Of a DNA stretch of 32,000 bases, positions 18,388-26,620 are shown piece after piece; positions within the stretch are counted from its first letter, which is position 1; the number at the start of each line of letters is the position of its first letter. The DNA is taken from contig JBAZYK010000006.1 of the NCBI GenBank assembly GCA_041659405.1, forward strand, positions 30,001 to 62,000. Reading direction: 5' to 3'. The stretch is from Candidatus Altimarinota bacterium (GTDB taxonomy: Bacteria > Patescibacteriota > Gracilibacteria > UBA1369). Below the pieces are notes generated by a model. It did no database searches, was not told the DNA's origin, and saw only the letters and a program-made list of their open reading frames with translations. The position numbers were made by a program, and so were the translations under genes.

Positions 18388-19302
18388 ATGGATAAAAACA
18401 AAAAAATCATCGTGGCTATTTTGCTATTATTGCTTATCGCGGCAGCCGTTCTTTATTATGTATTTACCTCTAAAAATATGAAAACAACCGATGCCTATCA
18501 ATCTGACGCTTATGTAACTGTTAATTTATCGTCTCACAAAATAAAATATAGTTTTCTGGTTAATGGAATCGAGATTGAAGAAGCCAAAAGCGACGCAAAT
18601 GACAATGCTACCAGCGCACCAATCAACAAATATGTTAAAAATGGAACCAATCTCATCAACATCAAAATTAAAAATGTGGATAATAGCAGTAGCGACGCCA
18701 GCTTTCATGTGGAAATTGTGGAATACAAGAAGGGCGATATTGTTGTAAGCGGTGGAGGTTCTGCTAATTCAAACGCTTTTGTTCAATATGATTGGAAAGA
18801 AGGCGATACCGAAATAAACAAGGAGTTTACTTTACCGCAACCAGCAGCAACTACAGGGTCAACGCCCCCAACGACCTCAACAACTTCCACATCTCCAGTA
18901 GCTTCATCAACTCAAACATTACCAGAAACTTCCGCGACTCCAACAGAATCCACAACCCAAACGGTATCAAACACTCCTGCACCCACACAAGATGTTTCTA
19001 AAACAGAATCCACGCCCTCATCCACCCCAAATCCACCCGCAACCGCGCCAGCAGAACCAGGCAACGAAGGTTTGGCCTATCCCGGTTATGCCATAAAATA
19101 CGACACCAATAAATACGATGAAAACGTTCTCAATGTCCAAAAAAGATTGATTTATTTAGGTTATACATTAAAAACCGATGGCTATTTTGGGCCACAAACC
19201 CTTAACGCGATCAAAGAATTCCAAAAAGATTATGAACTCTACCAAACCGGTATTTTAGACGAACAAAACTGGATCATACTTTTTAATGGAATTAAACATT
19301 GA
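18388..19302 (+). CDS. Membrane-anchored protein with S/T/P-rich linker and C-terminal peptidoglycan-binding domain (PG_binding_1-like)
   Basis: N-terminal TM KKIIVAILLLLLIAAAVLYYVF; C-terminal LNVQKRLIYLGYTLKTDGYFGPQTLNAIKEFQKDYELYQTGILD. Confidence 0.85.
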   Translation: MDKNKKIIVAILLLLLIAAAVLYYVFTSKNMKTTDAYQSDAYVTVNLSSHKIKYSFLVNGIEIEEAKSDANDNATSAPINKYVKNGTNLINIKIKNVDNSSSDASFHVEIVEYKKGDIVVSGGGSANSNAFVQYDWKEGDTEINKEFTLPQPAATTGSTPPTTSTTSTSPVASSTQTLPETSATPTESTTQTVSNTPAPTQDVSKTESTPSSTPNPPATAPAEPGNEGLAYPGYAIKYDTNKYDENVLNVQKRLIYLGYTLKTDGYFGPQTLNAIKEFQKDYELYQTGILDEQNWIILFNGIKH

Positions 19303-19410
19303 AAAGAATTTGCAAACCGAAATGGCTTGTATTAGCCAAAATCCAGCCATTATCGCCGTCCCATCCCAAAAATTCAAGTCAGACCAGATTTTTTCAAATC
19401 GCGCAACTTA

Positions 19411-19443
19411 CAAAAAGAGCTCCACGCCGGGAGCTCTTTTCTT
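19411..19443 (+). terminator. Rho-independent terminator
   Basis: aaaaagagctcc-acgcc-gggagctcttttctt. Confidence 0.75.
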
Positions 19444-19448
19444 GGGAC

Positions 19449-19469
19449 TTCCACCAATAGGGTTGGTAG
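19449..19469 (+). repeat. Short repeat family C, copy 2 (ttccaccaatagggttggtag)
   Basis: Identical 18-bp core to copy 1; additional flanking complement ggact...agtcc. Confidence 0.7.
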
Positions 19470-19587
19470 TCCTATTATACCAATAAAAAAGCCGAATGAT
19501 AAACAATTTGTCTTATTTAATGATTATTTCAGATTTGGTTTAATTTTTTTTAATCTCTTTCATATATTCTGCGAAAGCTGATGGGGT

Positions 19588-19659
19588 GGGGCCGGGATTG
19601 GATCCGCCAATAGGGTTGGTACCTATTTGGCCGGGGTTCGATTCCCCGCGGCTCCACCA
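19588..19659 (+). ncRNA. 72-nt tRNA-like/tmRNA-like fold (possible tmRNA or tRNA remnant) with encoded CCA
   Basis: Acceptor-like GGGGCCG pairs with CGGCTCC; T-arm CGGGG-TTCGATT-CCCCG; ACCA 3' end; middle hairpin CCAATAGG-GTTGGTA-CCTATTTGG; no normal D-arm. Confidence 0.5.
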
Positions 19660-19701
19660 CCATCGGCGTAAAAAATATTAGCCAACTGTATGTCGGCAAA
19701 T

Positions 19702-19729
19702 TTGACTTTTTTAAAAAACCAACTATAAT
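19702..19729 (+). promoter_or_regulatory. Sigma70-type promoter for the 115-aa ORF
   Basis: TTGACT (19702-19707), 16-bp spacer, TATAAT (19724-19729), ~40 bp upstream of ATG 19770. Confidence 0.7.
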
Positions 19730-19769
19730 ACAACCTTCAAGTAAATTTTAATAAGCTAATTTTTCTATT

Positions 19770-20117
19770 ATGAAAACATCAGGATTTAATAACTCACATC
19801 TTGCTCTTGCGTTAGCGGGTGCACTTGCAGTTGGTGCTGTAGGGGGATTAGAATTTATTGCAAAACCGGCTCTGCAAGCTGCAGAAAAGGCGCAGAAAAA
19901 TTTAGATGAAGTAACAAAAATAGCCAAATTAGCAAAATCGAATCTGGAGCAAGCCATACAACAAAGAGATGAAGCTCAAACAGTAGCGGATAGTTGCGCA
20001 TCAGGAAAAACAGTAATGATCAACGCAAACAAAGAACTCCGTAACACAATTTGTAAAACACTTGCAGCCGGTCACCCGGAAATAGTTCAACAAACAATGT
20101 GTAAACCGGAAAAATAA
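19770..20117 (+). CDS. Small exported or membrane-associated hypothetical protein
   Basis: 115 aa; hydrophobic LALALAGALAVGAVGG near the N-terminus, coiled-coil-like middle, three Cys; good upstream promoter. Confidence 0.65.
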   Translation: MKTSGFNNSHLALALAGALAVGAVGGLEFIAKPALQAAEKAQKNLDEVTKIAKLAKSNLEQAIQQRDEAQTVADSCASGKTVMINANKELRNTICKTLAAGHPEIVQQTMCKPEK

Positions 20118-20118
20118 C

Positions 20119-21690
20119 CTACCCCAAACTCTTTCTAATCTTCGCCGCTTTTTCCAGCTCGTCGCTAAAATCTTCGCCAACTTTGGAGTGGAGGTAAATT
20201 GATGAAACCAGATTGCGGTGAATAAAATGGTGCGTTTTGTGCGGACCCAGGACGACCGGCGCCGAAACATTTTCGCCGCCCGAAGCCACTTTTCCGCCCT
20301 CCGCCTTCCGCCCCAAAAACTCTTCCACAAACTTAACATCATCGCGAATATCTTTAAACGCGGGATATTCATCCGCCAAAAAGTCCAAATTTTCTTTATT
20401 GAGATATTTCCCGGCATGCACCAAATCCGCTTCCAGATTTAAATAATTATCACGCACCAATTTACTAAGCCCCAACTTTTCCGCTTCACGCAGGCCTCTT
20501 CCTGTACCAATAAATTCCGGCGGAACTCCGAGTGAATACAAAACCGCCGTAAAATTAATCGCGCGTGGCAGACTAACTTTTCCAACTCCGCGGGAATATC
20601 CAAACAAACCAATATGCTGTAAACGCTCACGACGCTGCGGAATTTGGGCTGAAATTTTATTGATTAAAGGCGCAATCGCTTCAATAGTTGGTCGATAAAA
20701 TCCTGCAAAAATTTCGTTCAGTTTTTTTATTTGCGTAATTTCTTCATCACTCAAAATTTTCGGCTGCAATTTTGGCAGCTCTTCATGAATCACAGCAATC
20801 GCCGCTTTGACCTTATCCAAGTCATAATCATACCTAAAAGCCGACTGCAAAGTAATCGTTCTAATGCCCGCAAATTCCTTAATTGTTTCTTTGATGTTAT
20901 CCGGATTTACGCCTCCACGAAAAGGCAAAGATCCCGTTCCAATAATCGGATAAAACGGAATTTCAAACTCCTTGGACAAACGATCAAACAAAGTCAGCGC
21001 CACCTTTGTCGCCAAAACCGCCGGAACAAGACCCGCATTAAGCGCCGGATCAGACCTGGCAATAAATGGCCTAAGATAGTGCAATTTCTTACCATATTCT
21101 TTTTGATACAAATCAAAATATTCGCGCAAAACCTTATCCACCGAAGTCAGATCGCCAATTTCTTCAAACAACGGAATCACATTAAAATTTTCAAAATCTT
21201 CATCTTTTCCACCAAAAATTTCATTCTTGATTTTCACCGTTCCCCAAAACGTTTTATGCACATGCATAAGCTGTTCCGCAGTTTTGGTCATCGGCAAAAT
21301 CACCTCAAAAATTGGTGGACGATGCATTTCCATGGATTGCGCCAAATCATTGGCCGTCAAAATACTCATAAATGCCCGCGCCAAGCGGTATCCGCGCTCT
21401 TCCCACACATTCGGAATTCTAAACGTCAAAAAAATATCACGCCCCAAAGCATGCTCGGTAAAATATTTCTGATACTTCTGAAAAAGCCGATCAATCACAG
21501 CCTCATCCACAAATTTGCCTTCCCAATCCCACATATATTCCTGCATGCCAAGCTCCTCAAAAACACGATAACTTTCCTCGATTTCATCCGCGGTATTGAT
21601 GAACTTTTTCCCACACCAATAAGCCTCCGAAGCATTATCGGGGTGCTGCGTAGCCATGGTGATGGGAATATTCCTAAAAAAATCTGCCAA
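20119..21690 (-). CDS. ppcA: Phosphoenolpyruvate carboxylase, archaeal type
   Basis: 523 aa; ITMATQHPDNA, WDWEGKFVDEAV, FRIPNVWEERGYRLARAF, EVILPMTKT, GTGSLPFRGG, QSAFRYDY typical of archaeal-type PEPC. Confidence 0.92.
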   Translation of the reverse strand: MADFFRNIPITMATQHPDNASEAYWCGKKFINTADEIEESYRVFEELGMQEYMWDWEGKFVDEAVIDRLFQKYQKYFTEHALGRDIFLTFRIPNVWEERGYRLARAFMSILTANDLAQSMEMHRPPIFEVILPMTKTAEQLMHVHKTFWGTVKIKNEIFGGKDEDFENFNVIPLFEEIGDLTSVDKVLREYFDLYQKEYGKKLHYLRPFIARSDPALNAGLVPAVLATKVALTLFDRLSKEFEIPFYPIIGTGSLPFRGGVNPDNIKETIKEFAGIRTITLQSAFRYDYDLDKVKAAIAVIHEELPKLQPKILSDEEITQIKKLNEIFAGFYRPTIEAIAPLINKISAQIPQRRERLQHIGLFGYSRGVGKVSLPRAINFTAVLYSLGVPPEFIGTGRGLREAEKLGLSKLVRDNYLNLEADLVHAGKYLNKENLDFLADEYPAFKDIRDDVKFVEEFLGRKAEGGKVASGGENVSAPVVLGPHKTHHFIHRNLVSSIYLHSKVGEDFSDELEKAAKIRKSLG

Positions 21691-21753
21691 GCTTCTTAAA
21701 GATAAAAATTTAAATCACTCCCCTACCTCCCCCCAAAAAAAAATTCTTAATTA

Positions 21754-22305
21754 CTAATTACCGGCATCCCCGGTCGTAACTTCCTGACCATATTTTTTGG
21801 CAGTTTGAGCCTGCACATTATCAAAATTCACCAAAGCGTCATTTTCCTGCTTACTAAAATCATCAACCGCAGCCATTAAACTCTGCACCGCCAATGAATC
21901 TTTTGACTCACTTTGCAAATTACGCAAAGACGCAATCAAAATATTTAAACCGGTAACTTCAACATCAAAAAATCTCTTCATGGAAGCCGCTAAATCCTCG
22001 CCACCTTTTGGTACCTGCAACGCTTTAAATTGATCATTAGTCTGTTGAACATCGCTTAAAACCTTCACCAATTCATCTGCCGCTTTTATCGGATCAAGCT
22101 GTTCTGTACTCAAAAATTTAGAGGTATCCTGAGCCCTTTGCAGCATTTTCTGCTGAATATCCACAATTTGATTATTGTAAGCCCGAACATTGGCAATTTC
22201 ATCGTTTTTAGAGCATCCCACAGCCAAAAAAGTCACCGCCAACAAGATAACGATTAAGCCTGCACGCAAACGTGCTTGTCCCAAAATGCGAAAAGATTTT
22301 TTCAT
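21754..22305 (-). CDS. Putative lipoprotein
   Basis: 183 aa; signal peptide with lipobox LAVGC-SKND; helical mature part. Confidence 0.75.
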   Translation of the reverse strand: MKKSFRILGQARLRAGLIVILLAVTFLAVGCSKNDEIANVRAYNNQIVDIQQKMLQRAQDTSKFLSTEQLDPIKAADELVKVLSDVQQTNDQFKALQVPKGGEDLAASMKRFFDVEVTGLNILIASLRNLQSESKDSLAVQSLMAAVDDFSKQENDALVNFDNVQAQTAKKYGQEVTTGDAGN

Positions 22306-22413
22306 CCCGGTAAATTAAAAAATACGCCCCTATTCTACGAACAAAGCCCCCAAAGCGCAAGAAAGTTGCAGGTTTACCCTTATTTAGGAAGTTCTAAAAG
22401 TTCCTTAATTAAT

Positions 22414-23478
22414 TTATATTTTTACGTACCTTGTGCCTCGACCACGTCCGATACGTTTGACCTTTCCGATCTCTATCAGGCGATCCAGTGCTTGGCTAAC
22501 CGTGACAGGTACAATACCAGTCGCTCTGGCTATGTCGCCCGGGGCGGCCTCGCCAACACTAGAGAGATATTTCCAAACCTCGAACTGCTTGGGAGAAAGC
22601 GTGTCCTCGACCTTCTCCTCTTCCAGATACGAGAGGGCTTTTGCAGCTTGCTCTTTGACAACAGACAAAAAGAAATTGAGCCACGGCGAAATTGTGTCGT
22701 GATCAGTCTTGAATGTCTCCTGCGATTTGCGGAGTGCGATATAGTATTCATCTTTGCGGCGCTCGACGATCTGCTCATGCGAGACATACTGTATAAATTG
22801 ATAGCTGGAGCGGAGCAGTAAAAGATTTGTGAGCACGCGCGAAAGACGCCCATTGCCATCTTCAAATGGGTGGATTTTCAAAAACTCAACAATAAAGTTT
22901 GCGATGATAAGCAAAGGATGGAAGCGGTTCTTCTCAAACGCATCAACCGTCCAGTCAACAAGCTCCTGCATTTCTTTTGCAGTAAGATATGCAGGAGTCG
23001 TCTCAAACATGATCCGTGCGACTTTGCCATCCGGTCCCAGTATGCCGACAGTGTTCTCTTTCTTTTTATAGCCACCACGATGCGTGTCATCTTTGTAAGA
23101 ATATTTGAGAAGCTGATTGTGGAGTGACGTGATCACGCTCTCCTGAAGTGGTAGAGTTTGGTAGCTGTCGAACACGTTCTGAAGCACTTCGAGATATCCC
23201 TGAACTTCCTGTGAATCACGGTCTGCGAATTTTGAGATCGCAAGCCCCTGCATGACCTTCTCGACTTCTTCATCGTTTAGTTTTCCACCCTCGATACGAG
23301 TGGAAGCACCGGCAGAGGTGATAAGCGTCGACTTCCGGAGATTAGTAATTGCCTGCGGAGTCATTCGCAGACCTGATTTGAACTCACCCCGAATACCATC
23401 GATCTCTGCCAAGAGAGTGACGATGTGCGGTTCGAGATGCGCGATCCTGTGATCGAATTTTTGCGTGATGTCGTTCAT
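22414..23478 (-). CDS. Fic/DOC family protein with N-terminal inhibitory motif and C-terminal winged-helix region
   Basis: 354 aa; HPFEDGNGR at 22846-22872; STRIEG (S/T-xxx-E-G) at 23287-23304; C-terminal ARATGIVPVTVSQALDRLIEIGKVKRIGRGRGTRYV resembles wHTH. Confidence 0.95.
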   Translation of the reverse strand: MNDITQKFDHRIAHLEPHIVTLLAEIDGIRGEFKSGLRMTPQAITNLRKSTLITSAGASTRIEGGKLNDEEVEKVMQGLAISKFADRDSQEVQGYLEVLQNVFDSYQTLPLQESVITSLHNQLLKYSYKDDTHRGGYKKKENTVGILGPDGKVARIMFETTPAYLTAKEMQELVDWTVDAFEKNRFHPLLIIANFIVEFLKIHPFEDGNGRLSRVLTNLLLLRSSYQFIQYVSHEQIVERRKDEYYIALRKSQETFKTDHDTISPWLNFFLSVVKEQAAKALSYLEEEKVEDTLSPKQFEVWKYLSSVGEAAPGDIARATGIVPVTVSQALDRLIEIGKVKRIGRGRGTRYVKI

Positions 23479-23592
23479 AATTTAACGATATATGTTATAT
23501 ATGAGATTATACTGGATTATATCAACAAATACAAGATGACCAAGGTCGGAACTGACGTTGATTGATCCCACAAATTCTGAACTTTTAGGTTA

Positions 23593-23621
23593 TTGCTCAA
23601 ACCGCCATTTTTTGGTATAAT
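23593..23621 (+). promoter_or_regulatory. Promoter for the MscS gene
   Basis: TTGCTC, 17-bp spacer, TATAAT (23616-23621) with TG extension, 40 bp before ATG 23661. Confidence 0.6.
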
Positions 23622-23660
23622 GTAAAGAAAAATTCGTGCAAACCAACCTAAAACAAAATT

Positions 23661-24638
23661 ATGGCCAATAGTGTAGCTCCAACAGTAAATATTGACGGTT
23701 CAGTCACAAGTAGTAGTGGCAATTTGAATTTTGACACATTGGTGCCCCAAATTTTGTGGAAGTTTATTGATGTACTTGAAGGCGCAGCGATCATTGCGCT
23801 TGGCGTTTTTCTGATTCGCTACATGCACAAATATTTTCAGAAGGTCGAAACAACGCACGAAGATCAGCGCACAGCCGTTAATCTTTTGGAAAAAATCACC
23901 TCCGGTTTCATTCTGGTTATTACCGTAACCATTGCCCTAAAACTGGTTGGAATTGATATGACTTTACTGGTTAGTGTGGCGATTTTAGGCTTGAGTTACG
24001 GCTTGCAGGACATCATCAAAAACTACGTTGCCGGTATTTTGATTCTTTTTAAATCCCCTTTCAAAATTGGCGAAACCGTTAAAATTCGCGAACACACGGG
24101 CAAAATTCACAAGATCGATTTCCAGTCCACAACCTTGAAAACTTTCGATAACAAACTCATCACCATTTACAACAGTGACGTGATGACTCAATCGATTGTA
24201 AATTTTTCCAACAACACCATGCGCAGAATTGATTTTGATGTTTTGCTTGGCTATGGAACCGATATTCCAAAAGCACTCAAGATTTTTGAAACCATCCTTC
24301 AAAATGACACTAAAATTCTTAAAAACCCCGGTTATTCGGTTATATTCAAAAAATTCACAGACACAGCGTGCATTTTCAATGTCAAATTTTGGGTTCAAAC
24401 CCCTTGTAATATTTTAAAGATTCGCTCCGAAATCGCGCTTCAAATAAGCCAAAGCTTTGACGAACAAAAAGTCTACATGCCTTACGAGAAAACGATTCAA
24501 ACCGAAACCGATTACACCCTTACCGACGAACGCAAAAAGCGCAATGAAGGATTCTATCAAAGCTCAATGTTTAGCACTCCGGAGGTAACTCAACCCCAAC
24601 TAGAAGTTCAGTTTGAGGATGCGGATGAACCGGAATAG
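23661..24638 (+). CDS. MscS-family mechanosensitive ion channel
   Basis: 325 aa; TM segments, GLSYGLQDIIKNYVAGILILFKSPFKIGETVKI, NNTMRRIDFDVLLGYGTD. Confidence 0.93.
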   Translation: MANSVAPTVNIDGSVTSSSGNLNFDTLVPQILWKFIDVLEGAAIIALGVFLIRYMHKYFQKVETTHEDQRTAVNLLEKITSGFILVITVTIALKLVGIDMTLLVSVAILGLSYGLQDIIKNYVAGILILFKSPFKIGETVKIREHTGKIHKIDFQSTTLKTFDNKLITIYNSDVMTQSIVNFSNNTMRRIDFDVLLGYGTDIPKALKIFETILQNDTKILKNPGYSVIFKKFTDTACIFNVKFWVQTPCNILKIRSEIALQISQSFDEQKVYMPYEKTIQTETDYTLTDERKKRNEGFYQSSMFSTPEVTQPQLEVQFEDADEPE

Positions 24639-24732
24639 TACGAAAATAGCTAACTTCAAGTCCAAGTAAATTAACAATTCCTTTTTCAGAATAAAGCAGT
24701 AGAATAAAGGCGAATTTATTAATTCTCCTTCC

Positions 24733-26226
24733 ATGCAAACCCGCCTAGAAAAAGATGCCATTGGGCCAATTCAAGTTCCGGTGGACGCTTATTACGGTTC
24801 TTTCACCACACGCGCACTCGCAAATTTTCAGATCACCGGAATTCGCGCGCCGGAAGAAGTAAAAATTGCTTACGGACTTATTAAAAAGTCAGCGGCTATG
24901 ACCAACGCGGAACTTGGCGAGCTTGAGCCAAAATTAGCCAAAGCCATAATTCAGGCCTGCGACGAATTTATTGCCGGAAAGTTTGATGACCAGTTTACTT
25001 TGGATGTTTTTCAGGCCGGAGCCGGAACGCCTTTCAACATGAACACCAACGAAGTTGTCGCCAATCGCGCCAACGAAATTTTAGCCAAAGAGGGATATAC
25101 ACTTGATGGCACAAAAATCAGTGGCACAAAGGGATCATACAAGCCTGTGACTCCAAATAATCACGTTAATTGGGCTCAATCTTCCAACGATGTCACACCA
25201 ACCGCAATCCGCCTTGCTGCGCTATTACGCCTGCGCAAACTGTTGCCGGAAGTGCAAAAACTCCGCGACTCACTTATGAAAAAAGCCAAAGCTTTCAGCA
25301 AAATTCTTAAAGTTGGCCGCACTCACATTCAGGACGCCGTCCCAATTACACTTGGTCAGGAGTTTGAGGCTTACAGCTCAGCAATCAACCACTGCCTGGA
25401 ATATTTAAAAGAATCCTTCAACCATCTTAACGAACTTGGGATTGGCGCAACCGCACTTGGAACCGGCATTACCACTCACCCAAAATATCGCTCACTGATG
25501 GTCAAAAACCTTAGCCAACTCACCGGACTCAAACTAAAACCAACCAAAAATCCCATGGAATTAACCCACGGAATGAACGCCTTCACGCAGGCTTCCAACG
25601 GCTTACGTGTGCTTGCAAACGACCTTATCCGCATTGCCAATGATTTCAAATTATTAGCTTCCGGACCCGTTGCCGGCATCAACGAAATCACTTTGCCGGA
25701 TGTTGAACCGGGCTCTTCCATCATGCCCGGAAAGGTAAATCCTTCCGTCCCAGAAGCCATGAACATGATCGGTTTTCAGGTGATCGGCAACGACACAGTC
25801 ATCAATTTGGCCGTTCAAGGCAGCCAATTGGAGCTCAACGTCATGACTCCCGTAATTATGTACAATTTGATGTGGTCGATGGAGCTTTTGATCAACGGCA
25901 CCAACATGTTCCGCGTTTTTTGTGTTGATCAAGTCAAAGCCAACGAAAAACGCTGCAAAGAATTGCTGGAAAAAAGCCTCTGCCTGGCCACCGGCCTTTC
26001 GCCTTATCTTGGCTACAAAGTCACCGCGCTGCTTGTGGGAGAAGCTCTAAAGAAAGGACAAACCTTAATCGATACCGTCGCCAGCCACAATTTTATGTCC
26101 AAACAAGAATTGGAGAGCATTTTAGTCCCTGCCAAACTCACCAAACCGGCCCTGACCGACAAAACACTCGCAACCAAAATCAAAGCGAACAAGAATTATC
26201 AGGCATTTCTTAAAAATATTGCCTAA
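24733..26226 (+). CDS. Fumarase/aspartase-superfamily lyase (class II fumarate hydratase or aspartate ammonia-lyase)
   Basis: 497 aa; PVDAYYG, AGAGTPFNMNTNEVVANRA, THIQDAVPITLGQEFEAY, GSSIMPGKVNPS signature; substrate not resolvable by eye. Confidence 0.9.
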   Translation: MQTRLEKDAIGPIQVPVDAYYGSFTTRALANFQITGIRAPEEVKIAYGLIKKSAAMTNAELGELEPKLAKAIIQACDEFIAGKFDDQFTLDVFQAGAGTPFNMNTNEVVANRANEILAKEGYTLDGTKISGTKGSYKPVTPNNHVNWAQSSNDVTPTAIRLAALLRLRKLLPEVQKLRDSLMKKAKAFSKILKVGRTHIQDAVPITLGQEFEAYSSAINHCLEYLKESFNHLNELGIGATALGTGITTHPKYRSLMVKNLSQLTGLKLKPTKNPMELTHGMNAFTQASNGLRVLANDLIRIANDFKLLASGPVAGINEITLPDVEPGSSIMPGKVNPSVPEAMNMIGFQVIGNDTVINLAVQGSQLELNVMTPVIMYNLMWSMELLINGTNMFRVFCVDQVKANEKRCKELLEKSLCLATGLSPYLGYKVTALLVGEALKKGQTLIDTVASHNFMSKQELESILVPAKLTKPALTDKTLATKIKANKNYQAFLKNIA

Positions 26227-26296
26227 AATCAAGACTTCTTCTTGACTTATCGGCCCTTTACCGCTTAAATATTGAGGCTTTAACTTTAAATTTAGT

Positions 26297-26455
26297 ATGT
26301 CGAATAAACACATCAACCACCAACACGGACTTTCTACCATGAATGCCCTTCGCCCAAAGAGCAAACTCCGCAAGCGCAAGAACAAGGCAGCCGCTAAACC
26401 AAGAAAGGCAGCCCAATTGAAAGCCTTAAAAGATGCTGAAAAAATGATTGCGTAA
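26297..26455 (+). CDS. Small very basic protein, 52 aa (absent from the ORF track)
   Basis: ATG..TAA: MSNKHINHQHGLSTMNALRPKSKLRKRKNKAAAKPRKAAQLKALKDAEKMIA, followed by a terminator. Confidence 0.55.
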   Translation: MSNKHINHQHGLSTMNALRPKSKLRKRKNKAAAKPRKAAQLKALKDAEKMIA

Positions 26456-26493
26456 GCCGAATTCAAGCGCAAGCATTTACTTTTTGATACTTG

Positions 26494-26520
26494 AAAATCC
26501 TCCAATTTGGGGGATTTTTT
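26494..26520 (+). terminator. Rho-independent terminator
   Basis: aaaatcctcc-aattt-gggggatttttt. Confidence 0.75.
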
Positions 26521-26557
26521 GTGTATGTCATTTTAATGGCTTTACACCGCCACGCCA

Positions 26558-26587
26558 TTGACGAAACATACAAAAAATTGCTATAAT
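26558..26587 (+). promoter_or_regulatory. Promoter for the MgtC-like gene
   Basis: TTGACG (26558-26563), 18-bp spacer, TATAAT (26582-26587), 34 bp before ATG 26621. Confidence 0.6.
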
Positions 26588-26620
26588 TACAGGATTTAAC
26601 GCCGCAACAACCCCGCCCCC

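Noticed and set aside
20731-21699. 322-aa plus-strand ORF
   Set aside because: It is entirely antisense to the well-supported ppcA gene and has an atypical composition for a real protein.
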